DNA from: Candidatus Latescibacterota bacterium
GTDB taxonomy: Bacteria > Latescibacterota > UBA2968 > UBA8231
Reading direction: 5' to 3'
DNA length: 64,000 bases
NCBI GenBank assembly: GCA_965217585.1
Contig: OZ244561.1
Location: forward strand, 4,896,001 to 4,960,000
Numbering within the stretch: position 1 is the first letter of the stretch; each line of letters opens with the position of its first letter. Positions 1-9,025 of this stretch are shown here, piece after piece. The notes beneath the pieces are model-generated. The model worked only from the letters and a program-made list of their open reading frames with translations. It had not been told where the DNA came from and did not search any database. The position numbers and the translations under genes were made by a program.

Positions 1-1442
1 CGAGAGTAGCGCGCTGAGCGGGCGTACTCGCCGTTGATTTCCAGGCCAACCAGGGAAAGGTGCATATCGGCGCTGTAGGTGAAAAGCGATGTGTTTTCGC
101 CCACATTGATCCGCCTCCTGGCCAGATTGGACCCGTCTTGCACATTGCCCTCGGCGCGCAGGACCGGTCGGTAGAATGTGCTCACGTACTGGTTGGGATA
201 GCCGCGTCCCCGCGGGTTGTTGAGATTGAGAGTGGCCACTTCTACTCGGTAGTCGTTGGCCAGCGCCGCTTCCACAGCCACCGATTCCACGTAAGGCTCC
301 TGCGACAGATCGAAGAGGAACACCAAATGCTCGTTGCCGTCGGCTTGTAAGATCTGCTCGGACGATTCGACTTTGAAGGTGGCCAGCAGCCCTTCGAGGT
401 TGGTATTACCACTCACATCAATGCCGGCCTCGTGGTCGGCGCGATAGAGGTAATCGGCAAAGAGCGGCATATCGTTTCTACCGCGGTAGTAGAGCGTGGA
501 GGTCTGGTAATAACCCCGGGGGTTGGTGTAAATGGTCGGATTGAATTGGCCCGTCAGCCGGGAGATAGTGCCCACCTGCGTATCCACGCCTTCGGAGTGG
601 CGAATTACTGTTGGCACGATATCGGGCCGGGCTTCGCCGTTCAGTACGAGTTGCGCTTCCTGCACCAAGGCACCGCCGCGGCCGTCTTGGGGCGAGTCGT
701 CGGTAAAGCGCACCACAACTTGGTCCATGGACGGCAGGCTGGGCCTCAGGGAGCCTTTGAGGCTGTTGTTGTCTTGGGTGCTTTGGTACACGTGCGTGTT
801 CACGCCGTTCAGGCCCAGCCGCAGGGCCCCGATATCCGTCTCCAGCCGGGTCCCCAGCAGCATGGTCGAAGCGTCGGCAAAGTGCGTGTTTTCGATGGCC
901 CAGGGGGGAACGGATTCAACGTAAAAATGGGGGCGCTCAATGCGCGATCCCAGGAAGGTGAAGCGGGCATAAGGGGTGGCCAAGTCGAAGCGGGTGCCAT
1001 TAAAGTCAACTTGCGACAGGGTCAGTGGCGTGAAGCGGGCGATCAGCCCATCGCCGACAATGGCGCTGTATCCCCAGCCGTTATAGCTATCGCGGCCCAC
1101 CACCAGAAAATCGAAAACCGTACTCCATTGGTTGCGATCCTTGAAGATACTACTGCCGTATTCCTGACCCAGAGTGCGGCGCTCGGTCCAGTCGTATAGG
1201 TCGTAACCAGTGATGAGGGGATCGCCGAAGGAATCGTAGAAGGCCCGGGGTCGGTCGGAGTAGGGGAAGGTGTGGTCCGGGTAGTTGGAATAGCCCTGAA
1301 AGGCATAGTTATTGTACTGGGGCAACTGCCGCCAGAGAAAGTCCTGGGAAGGCAGAATCTCGGGAATGCCCAGACGCGGCGTTGCTGCCAAACTCGGGAC
1401 TATTGCCCACAGCAGCGCTAGGAGCACACAGCAGATTTGCAT
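1..1442 (-). CDS. Secreted probable outer-membrane protein, paralogue of 3576-6302 and 6307-9024 (3' end runs off the window)
   Basis: Manual translation from ATG 1442 (MQICCVLLALLWAIVPSLA signal peptide) stays open to the window edge. Shares motifs YDSFG, FTPLTL..FNGTRFD, DDSPQDG, LANDY, RAEGNVQDGSN with the paralogues. Absent from the ORF track because it has no stop in the window. Confidence 0.85.
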   Translation of the reverse strand, partial: MQICCVLLALLWAIVPSLAATPRLGIPEILPSQDFLWRQLPQYNNYAFQGYSNYPDHTFPYSDRPRAFYDSFGDPLITGYDLYDWTERRTLGQEYGSSIFKDRNQWSTVFDFLVVGRDSYNGWGYSAIVGDGLIARFTPLTLSQVDFNGTRFDLATPYARFTFLGSRIERPHFYVESVPPWAIENTHFADASTMLLGTRLETDIGALRLGLNGVNTHVYQSTQDNNSLKGSLRPSLPSMDQVVVRFTDDSPQDGRGGALVQEAQLVLNGEARPDIVPTVIRHSEGVDTQVGTISRLTGQFNPTIYTNPRGYYQTSTLYYRGRNDMPLFADYLYRADHEAGIDVSGNTNLEGLLATFKVESSEQILQADGNEHLVFLFDLSQEPYVESVAVEAALANDYRVEVATLNLNNPRGRGYPNQYVSTFYRPVLRAEGNVQDGSNLARRRINVGENTSLFTYSADMHLSLVGLEINGEYARSARYS

Positions 1443-1473
1443 TGTCGGTTTTTTCACGATCGGCCCATTTCCA

Positions 1474-3576
1474 TCAGTACACCACGGCTACGGCGCACAG
1501 GCGGCTTTCTTCTTCGCGCTCCAGCAGGATCCGCACTCGCACTAGGTAGAGTCCCGGTGCCACCAGTTCGCCGGTATCGTCCCTGCCGTTCCACAGGCCC
1601 GGCACCGAGGCCGACGCAGACGGTAGCCGCACGTATTCGCCCGCGCTCAGAGCGGCTGCATATAGGGCGCGCACAGGTTGGCCCCGGACATCGAATATGT
1701 CCACCTCTACTACTTGGGGCTCGCTCACCCGCGCCAGGGTGAATTCGATCACTGTTGCGTCGTTGATGCCGTCGCCGTTGGGGCTGAATGCCCTTGGCAC
1801 CGGACGCACCTGACTCAACAGGGACCCCTCGACGCCGCTGGCAGACACCTGCCACGAGCGCGGCTGACCGCTGTCTGGATCGGGTTCAATGTTCTCCTCG
1901 GCATCTAGTGTCGCGCCCCCGTCTGGACCAGAAACTTGGGCGCGGAATTGGAAGACATTGCTCAGCAGCCGTCCGCGAAAGCGCATTTCTAGGATCCCTG
2001 CTTGGCGCCAGGGCTCGGCCAGTACTAGGTCCAGCGCGGTGCTCGATGCTGTGGTTGCGGCGATTTCCACTCCAGGCGGGAGCACAATTTCCTCTAGCTC
2101 GATCTGGCTGGGCAGGGCAACGCGCACCCGCTCCACCCCCAGATCATCAGCACTGAAGTCCAACTCTAGGCGATAGGTGAAAAGGGTATCGCGGCCCAGC
2201 ACGGCCCGATTGGGTTCGACCCAGCCGCGGACCAGCGAGGCCGGCACTTGGTCGGTGAAATCGACAATCAGACTGTCCAAGCGCGGGCCCGCGTCTTCGA
2301 ATTGGGTTTCCATATGGACCCGGTACTGCAGGAAAGTGCGCGGTTCGGGCACCTGTAGCAGCGTCGGGCTGGTGTACACCGGTGCGCTCCAGTCGCTCCA
2401 GGTGCTGCCGTCGTTCGAGCTGCGGAATTGTAGCCCGAGCGCGGTGCCGGTCGGCACCTGGCCGCCCCAGCGCACGGAGGTGAAATTCTTGCGCTCGCCG
2501 GGTCGTCCTAGGTCTAGGGGCGGCGAGACAAAGCTGCCCGCAGAGGCAACACCGCTGCCCAGCACCTGAATCTCGGCTACTTTGGCGCGCTGCACTGCAT
2601 CGACCTCGGCGACGATCACTCGTAGGTAACGGGCAAAGACCGGGGCAAAGGCAATGGCTGTACGCTCGGGCTGATTAATGCCGTGCAGCACGCCCACCTC
2701 GCTCCACCCAAACTGGTCGTTACTCACTTGGACGGCGTAGCCGCGCAGGGTGTTCTGGACCAACTCGTCGGCGTTTCTGCCCTGGGTCAGGACCCGCACC
2801 TCGCTGATTAGACGCCGGTCCAACAGATCCACCTGGGCAATGGCGTTCAACTCGGTCGGATCTACGGTCCAGCCGGTATTGGAACGGCCGTCGAATACTT
2901 CCGGGCGGTTGGAAGGCAGCCTGAACGCTAGATTCTCTCCCTCCACTGAACGTAGGCTCAGGCCGCCAGCCGCCCGGCCTATGTCGATGCTACCGGGAAA
3001 GCCGGCGATGACATCCGCCTTCAGCGTATCGGACCAGCCGGATACGCCCGTCCGGTCCAGTTGGCCGCGCTGTACTTGCTGCCAGGCGTCCAGCCGGCTC
3101 ACATTAGCTGTCAGCCAGTCCGCGTCTTCTTGGGGTTCGCCGCTCCAGTACCACAAATCCTGCAAAGCACCAAAGGTGCTGACCCATAACTGCTCTGCGG
3201 CGCTCACCGCCACAACTAGGCCGCTACCGTTGCCCCGGCCGCGGTTAACGACGCGTACGGCCAGCTCGTTTTTGCGTCGCTTGAGCTCGACCGGGTACTC
3301 TTCCATGGTGGTCCAATCGTCGTCGCTGCCGATGGCTTCACCGTTGAGGAAAACCTCGTATTCGTTTACCGCGGTCAGGCGCAGCAGCGCAGATCCCTCC
3401 TCGGGTGCATTGAAGGTATGCCGGTAGTACACGGTCTGCTCCCACTGGTCAACGGTCCATTCCTCCGCATGGCCCGTGGTGCTCACCAGCAGGGCCGTGG
3501 CCAATAGCAATGGACGCAACAGCAAAGGTGGCCTCTGCGGGGCTGAGTTACTCGCTTGGTCTGTTCTCGTCCACAT
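1474..3576 (-). CDS. Secreted protein: galactose-binding-like and discoidin (F5/8)-like domains, C-terminal FlgD-Ig/CHU-type domain
   Basis: 700 aa, signal peptide, TAVNEYEVFLNG, FARYLRV..AEIQV, C-terminal FSPNGDGIND...WNGRD..G..VAPGLYLVRV; paralogue of 9026-11077. Confidence 0.8.
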   Translation of the reverse strand: MWTRTDQASNSAPQRPPLLLRPLLLATALLVSTTGHAEEWTVDQWEQTVYYRHTFNAPEEGSALLRLTAVNEYEVFLNGEAIGSDDDWTTMEEYPVELKRRKNELAVRVVNRGRGNGSGLVVAVSAAEQLWVSTFGALQDLWYWSGEPQEDADWLTANVSRLDAWQQVQRGQLDRTGVSGWSDTLKADVIAGFPGSIDIGRAAGGLSLRSVEGENLAFRLPSNRPEVFDGRSNTGWTVDPTELNAIAQVDLLDRRLISEVRVLTQGRNADELVQNTLRGYAVQVSNDQFGWSEVGVLHGINQPERTAIAFAPVFARYLRVIVAEVDAVQRAKVAEIQVLGSGVASAGSFVSPPLDLGRPGERKNFTSVRWGGQVPTGTALGLQFRSSNDGSTWSDWSAPVYTSPTLLQVPEPRTFLQYRVHMETQFEDAGPRLDSLIVDFTDQVPASLVRGWVEPNRAVLGRDTLFTYRLELDFSADDLGVERVRVALPSQIELEEIVLPPGVEIAATTASSTALDLVLAEPWRQAGILEMRFRGRLLSNVFQFRAQVSGPDGGATLDAEENIEPDPDSGQPRSWQVSASGVEGSLLSQVRPVPRAFSPNGDGINDATVIEFTLARVSEPQVVEVDIFDVRGQPVRALYAAALSAGEYVRLPSASASVPGLWNGRDDTGELVAPGLYLVRVRILLEREEESRLCAVAVVY

Positions 3577-6302
3577 TATTGTACCGGCTCCAGTCCCACG
3601 ACCATGCGAATAAAAAACTGTTCGAAATCAATATCCTCGAATTTCCGCGTGCGGTCCTTCATGCGGCGTCGGCTGATCTCGTAGCCAGCCGTAAGTGCCA
3701 TATCGAAACCAGCGTATTCAAAGCGATTGACCAGCATGAAAAGCGCATCGCGGGTGTTGTAGTCCTGGTCCGTATTTTTGCCATTGCGGTAGATGCTAGG
3801 CAGCGCGGACAGCCCCTGGAAGCCGCCGCGCAGGAAGGTGCGCTCGGTGAATTTGAAATCGGCCACTATCATGGGAAAGCCGAAGACCTCGGATAGCGGC
3901 TGAATGCGCCCCTCGTCGTCGGTGCGGCGGCGCAGCATGAGCTTGTAGCGCGGCGATACTTCTAGCCCGCCCAAGCGCCAGCGGTAATCTGCTCGCAACA
4001 CCGAGGTCCATAGCTGAATCGCATTATCGCCGCTCCTGCCGCTGAACTGCTGGTTGACTTCGAACTTGAGATTGGCACCGACAAAGAGGTTGCGCACCCC
4101 CCGGAAGGCGAAGTCGACGAAGGCGGTGTTGACGGCGCTGTCCAGCAGCAACAATTCGTCTTCGACAAAGGTTTCAATGGTGGCACGCGGATTAAAGATG
4201 TCGAAATTGGCCACGTCGCCAAAGCGGAATACCCCGTCGGGGATATCGTCCTGCACCCGCTTTAAGAAGTCCACTGCCTGCAGTTCGCCCCAACTGCCGA
4301 AGCGCCGCTGGTACTCGGCTTTGGCGTACCACACATCCGCCCGTTGGCCGCCCCAAATGGCCTCTATATCGTAGCGTCCGAAGGTCAGTTCCAGCGCCCG
4401 CTGGGGCTGAAAGCGCACAAAGAGATGGTAGCCTTGGCGGTTGAGATCGTACGGGTAGTCCGGCTTATTGTCGTTTTCGCGCACGTCAATGACGCCATTG
4501 TTGTTCAAATCGTCGCCGTAGTCGAAATCGTCTGGATTGACGTCGTAGAGCAAAAAGGGCTCGAAATAATCGGGTACCTGGTTGCGATTGCGGTTGGTGT
4601 CGGGGGTGCCGTCTTGGTCCTTGTCCAGGCCGGGGAAAATTCCGTTCTGGTCCTCGAAACTGGGTATGAAGAAATCGTCTGGAAAAGGATCCTTGTCGTC
4701 GTTGTCGTCAACGGTGTTCAGGTCGAAGGTATTGTTCAGGCTCTCGTCGGTTGAACCTAGCTGACCGGCGAATGGCCCGGTGCCAGTGGCAGCGTATGCC
4801 CCCAGCGTCAGATCGGTCACCGAAAGCTGCGTGCTGTACTCGGGACTGAGACGGAACAATTCCCCGCCAGCGGCAATTTTTGGGGTGAATTCCCGCTCGA
4901 TATTGAGCAGATAGGCGTGCCCACCGCGGTCGTGGCGCTGGCCGCGGTGGTCGTGGACGGGGTACTGGAGGAAGTTGAAGCTGTGGGCCCACTCGCCCTT
5001 GAAGTGGAAGCCTTTTACGTCCGTGCTCAGGCCTAGGCCAGTCAAGGTGAGGCCGGTCTGGCGGCCGTAGTCAAAGCGGATCTGCTCGACATCAGCACCA
5101 GCGGATCCACGTCCTTTGGAACCGGCCAAACTTTTGTAAAAAGTTGCGCGGTTGCGCTGAGCCGGTTCATTGCGGGATTCGCGCGGATCAACGGCGTAGA
5201 TTTCCGACACGCTGACGCGATAATTGCCGCTCAGTAGCGCCTCGAAGGAGGCCGACACCACTTCCTCGTCTGCGGGCAGCGGGAACCAGAACAATACATA
5301 GTTTTTGCCATCGGCGCGGAAAAAACCACCGGGTTCGGGGGTCTGCAGCGGATAGGTGCCCAAGCGGCGGCCCTGCAACACTTCCACGTAGGGCGGAATC
5401 GGCCGTTTGAAGAAGAAGTCCTTGTTGGGAAAGCTCGGATTAAAATCCTCAGTGTTGTGACGCGTGACAAAAGATTCGATATCGTCTCGCCGCTCGCCGT
5501 TGAGCAGGATATTGACGTCGAAGACCCGGGCCCCATTGCCGTCCAAGGGCGAGGTGTCTTCAATGCGGACCACCAAATAATCGATTACCTGTACCCGGTT
5601 GGGCAACTGACCCTTCATGCCGTTCCAATCGGGCGGCGAGCGGGTGTCAATGCGGAAGAGGTTCACATAAGAGGTACTCAGGTCGATGGTGCGCCAGCGC
5701 CATTGCCAGTGGCCGCCCAACAGGTACGAGGCGAAGGCGGCGGTGCTCAAGGCGGCGGCGTCCTTTTGGGAAAGTACGGGCTTGTCCATGCGCGAGGCTA
5801 GGACCGAGAAGTTGTGCCTTTCATTGGCCAGGTCCCAGCGGATGCCATTGAGGGCGGCCAGATCTAGGATCAACGGCGAGAAATGGGTGCGGATACGGTC
5901 GCCGATGATCAGCCGCGTCTGCCAGCTCTTATAGCTATCGTCGGCCACCATTAGGCGGTTGAGAAAACCCTCGTAATTATTCGGCTTGGCAATGGTGCTG
6001 CCGCTGAATACCTGGGCCGGATCGTCGAAGCGGCGGTTTTCCCGCAGGTGGTACACCTCGACGCCGTTTACCAGAAAGTCGCCGAACTCGTCGTACACGG
6101 GATTGGCCGTGCGCGTGATGACATTGCGGGGCCAGGTCCGGTAGCCCTCTAGGCCGTAGTTGTCGTAGGTGAGCAGGCCGGGGCGGTATAGCATCATGCG
6201 GGCACCTGTGGTGTGGGGATCGAGCAGTCTGGGCTCGCCTTCGCCACGCACCATCGTTGCTAGGGCCGCTATAAGCGCGCCTATTGAGATCGCTTTCAGC
6301 AT
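3576..6302 (-). CDS. Large secreted probable beta-barrel protein with Asp/Asn-rich putative Ca-binding segment
   Basis: 908 aa, signal peptide, VDDNDDKDPFPD / FPGLDKDQDG / GDDLNNNGVIDVRENDNKPDYPY, amphipathic beta-strand pattern in the C-terminal third. Confidence 0.75.
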   Translation of the reverse strand: MLKAISIGALIAALATMVRGEGEPRLLDPHTTGARMMLYRPGLLTYDNYGLEGYRTWPRNVITRTANPVYDEFGDFLVNGVEVYHLRENRRFDDPAQVFSGSTIAKPNNYEGFLNRLMVADDSYKSWQTRLIIGDRIRTHFSPLILDLAALNGIRWDLANERHNFSVLASRMDKPVLSQKDAAALSTAAFASYLLGGHWQWRWRTIDLSTSYVNLFRIDTRSPPDWNGMKGQLPNRVQVIDYLVVRIEDTSPLDGNGARVFDVNILLNGERRDDIESFVTRHNTEDFNPSFPNKDFFFKRPIPPYVEVLQGRRLGTYPLQTPEPGGFFRADGKNYVLFWFPLPADEEVVSASFEALLSGNYRVSVSEIYAVDPRESRNEPAQRNRATFYKSLAGSKGRGSAGADVEQIRFDYGRQTGLTLTGLGLSTDVKGFHFKGEWAHSFNFLQYPVHDHRGQRHDRGGHAYLLNIEREFTPKIAAGGELFRLSPEYSTQLSVTDLTLGAYAATGTGPFAGQLGSTDESLNNTFDLNTVDDNDDKDPFPDDFFIPSFEDQNGIFPGLDKDQDGTPDTNRNRNQVPDYFEPFLLYDVNPDDFDYGDDLNNNGVIDVRENDNKPDYPYDLNRQGYHLFVRFQPQRALELTFGRYDIEAIWGGQRADVWYAKAEYQRRFGSWGELQAVDFLKRVQDDIPDGVFRFGDVANFDIFNPRATIETFVEDELLLLDSAVNTAFVDFAFRGVRNLFVGANLKFEVNQQFSGRSGDNAIQLWTSVLRADYRWRLGGLEVSPRYKLMLRRRTDDEGRIQPLSEVFGFPMIVADFKFTERTFLRGGFQGLSALPSIYRNGKNTDQDYNTRDALFMLVNRFEYAGFDMALTAGYEISRRRMKDRTRKFEDIDFEQFFIRMVVGLEPVQ

Positions 6303-6306
6303 AGAC

Positions 6307-9024
6307 TCAATTCGTCCTCACCTGCAGGAAAAACTCCGAAGTCTCCACCGTGCCTGTCGTGCTGGAGTGGACAAAGTCGATAAAGGATTTTCGCAGTCCT
6401 AGGTTCATGCTGATCCGGTAGCCGGTGTAGCTGCTGTTGTTATGCAAGCCGATGATATAGTGCCAGGCATTGAAATCGTTGGAGGGGGCCACGGCATCGC
6501 GAAAGCGATGCCGCAAGAGGGGAAAACCCTGGATGCCCGCCTTTATGGTGGTGCGTTCGGTCAAGAAAAAATCGAGCCGCACGATCGGCGCTAGGTTGGT
6601 CTCGTTGACGAGGTCGTCCAGTAGTGCTGAGTCGGAGCGGTGATAGGTCCATTTGAGCATGGGGGTCAGCGTCAACTTCTGGCGCGGCTGCCAGACGTAG
6701 TCGACCCGATTTACTAGAGCCAGAGACCAGTCATTGCCCGAATTTTGTGTCTGGCCGTCGGCAAAGGTATCGGCAAAGCGGTGGTTGAGTTCGCAGCGCC
6801 AGGTATTGTTGAGCGTCAGGTGGTCGACGCCGGTGTAGTTGAATTTCACATAGCTCAGATGGGCGTGGCTGTTGCGATAACTTAAGGGATCGTCGCGCAA
6901 GCCGATTTCGTAGTGCCCCCGCAGCAGCGGATTGGACGCGTATTGATAGAGCGGGTCGGGGATATCGTCCTGCACGCGCTTGCTGCGGTGGCGCAGCTTT
7001 AGGTGAATGCTGTCGAACAGCGGTCGATGGTACTCGAGTTTGGCGTACAGGGCGCGATTGCGACCTCCCCCAGCAATCTGGTCAATCGCGTGTCCGCCCA
7101 GCCGCAACTCGAGCTGGGAAGTGGGGTTGAAGGTAAAGAATACATGTTGCCCTTTGCTGTCGCGCTCGTACGGGTAGTCGGGTTTGTTGTCGTTTTCGCG
7201 CGAGTCAACCACGCCGTTGTTGTTGAAGTCGTCGCCGTAGACGAAGTCTTCGGACTCGACGAAGTACATGAGGAAGGGCTCTTGGTAGTCGGGCAAAAGA
7301 TTGTCGTTGACATTGGTGTCGAAGATGCCGTCGCCGTTGTCGTCTAGGCCGGGGAATACCCCGAAGCCGACGTCGCGCAGGGAGCCGGGAAAGAGGTTTT
7401 CTTTGACCTCAAGAGCCGCCTGGGTGATGTCGTTCTGGAAGCGCAGGCCTAGGGGATCGTCGTGTTCCCAGGAATCGGGCCAGGGGTCCAGATCGTCGTT
7501 GTCGTCGACCAGTTCGAATTCTTTTAGGGCGGGTACGAATTCGTCGAAATAAGTGAAAGAGGTGCGGTATTGGGGGGATACCCGGAACAGCTCCCAGCCC
7601 ACGGCGAAGTTCGCGAACAGACGCTTGCCCTGCAGCGAATAAGCACTTACAGGTCGCTTGTGCCGTCGGCCTTCTTGGACGGGAAAGATAAGGTGGTGGG
7701 TGCTGGTATTGAGGTCGCCGCGCACTTCGAAGCCGAGCAGATCCAGTTCGAGATTGGCACCGTAGAGTTCCAGACCCGATGGAAAGCCGTAGTCGAACTC
7801 AACCCATCCCATATTCGAACCGTTGCGGACGTTGCCTTCGGCCCGCACCACATTGCGCCAGTCTTCCCACGCTGAGCCGGCCACGCCGCTCCGGCCTACG
7901 GGGGCACCTAGGTCAATGGCGTAGTCGTTGGCAGCTAGGACCCTAAAGGAGATATGTTCGGCCTCGGGCGGCACGACAAAGCGGAACAGCAATACGTCAT
8001 AGCCGTCGGCCTGGAGAGCATCTTTGCCGTCTAGCTCCACTGGTTCGGCATTGCTGAACAGGCCGCCGCGCGAACCGAAAAGACTGCCGAAACCAACGGT
8101 GTGCGGTAGCCAGGACTGACGCCGCCGCAGATGTGGCACGTCTTCCAAACGCAGGCGTTCGGAAATCATGCGCCGCTCTTTGCCTAAGGATACGAGATCG
8201 GCGATCCGGCGCACTTCCGGAGCCATCTGGCTGGGCTGGCCATTGACGATCATCTGGACATCGTGGACTTGGGCACCAACACCATCGTTGGGCGAATCAT
8301 CGCTGATGGCCAGAAAAACTTCGCCGGGTGTGATCAAGTTGGTGGGGAAAGAGCCTTTGCGGAAAGATCCCTCTCGGCGCCCCAGCAAGGTGTCGGTGAT
8401 ATGGGTATTGACGTACGAAGCGCCAAATTGCAAGGCACTGCCGATCTGGGTTTTCCAGTGTCCGCCGAAGAGATAGGTCACAAAGTCGAGCGGCCTCGCA
8501 GAGGCGAAGTTGCGCAGGGGATCGGAAATGCGCGAGCCCAGCACAGTGAAGCGGTTGCGCTGCGAATTGGAGTCCCAGCGGATGCCATTCATGCGGTTAA
8601 TCGATAACATCATGGGCTTGAAGCGAGCCTCCACGGCCCGGCCGAGGATGACCGAAGAACCCCAGTCCTGATAGGAATCATTGGCGACGACCAGATTCTG
8701 AAAAAGGTCTCGGTAGCCGTTATCTTTGAAAATGATGCTGCCGCCAAAAGGCGAAATGGTACGGAATTCTTGGGTGCGGTAGAGATTGGCACCGTTGAGC
8801 AGGGTGAAGCCGAAGGGGTCGTAAACGCGCGTCTCCTCGTCGAGGAAGAAGCCGCCCGCTAGGCGCTGCAGACGGATATCGCGGTAGGAAAAATGAGCGT
8901 AGTTCTCATAATCCTCGTTGGCCCACAGGGGATAGTATTCGCGGTTGAGGTACTGGCCGTGGGACCGGTCAAAAAAGCCGGTCAGCATTAGCAAAAGCAG
9001 GCAGGTTGTTTTAAGGTAGCGCAT
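6307..9024 (-). CDS. Large secreted probable beta-barrel protein (paralogue of 3576-6302)
   Basis: 905 aa, signal peptide, same conserved block GDDFNNNGVVDSRENDNKPDYPY. Confidence 0.75.
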   Translation of the reverse strand: MRYLKTTCLLLLMLTGFFDRSHGQYLNREYYPLWANEDYENYAHFSYRDIRLQRLAGGFFLDEETRVYDPFGFTLLNGANLYRTQEFRTISPFGGSIIFKDNGYRDLFQNLVVANDSYQDWGSSVILGRAVEARFKPMMLSINRMNGIRWDSNSQRNRFTVLGSRISDPLRNFASARPLDFVTYLFGGHWKTQIGSALQFGASYVNTHITDTLLGRREGSFRKGSFPTNLITPGEVFLAISDDSPNDGVGAQVHDVQMIVNGQPSQMAPEVRRIADLVSLGKERRMISERLRLEDVPHLRRRQSWLPHTVGFGSLFGSRGGLFSNAEPVELDGKDALQADGYDVLLFRFVVPPEAEHISFRVLAANDYAIDLGAPVGRSGVAGSAWEDWRNVVRAEGNVRNGSNMGWVEFDYGFPSGLELYGANLELDLLGFEVRGDLNTSTHHLIFPVQEGRRHKRPVSAYSLQGKRLFANFAVGWELFRVSPQYRTSFTYFDEFVPALKEFELVDDNDDLDPWPDSWEHDDPLGLRFQNDITQAALEVKENLFPGSLRDVGFGVFPGLDDNGDGIFDTNVNDNLLPDYQEPFLMYFVESEDFVYGDDFNNNGVVDSRENDNKPDYPYERDSKGQHVFFTFNPTSQLELRLGGHAIDQIAGGGRNRALYAKLEYHRPLFDSIHLKLRHRSKRVQDDIPDPLYQYASNPLLRGHYEIGLRDDPLSYRNSHAHLSYVKFNYTGVDHLTLNNTWRCELNHRFADTFADGQTQNSGNDWSLALVNRVDYVWQPRQKLTLTPMLKWTYHRSDSALLDDLVNETNLAPIVRLDFFLTERTTIKAGIQGFPLLRHRFRDAVAPSNDFNAWHYIIGLHNNSSYTGYRISMNLGLRKSFIDFVHSSTTGTVETSEFFLQVRTN

Positions 9025-9025
9025 C

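Noticed and set aside
432-1199. 255-aa plus-strand ORF
   Set aside because: Shadow of the real minus-strand gene 1-1442
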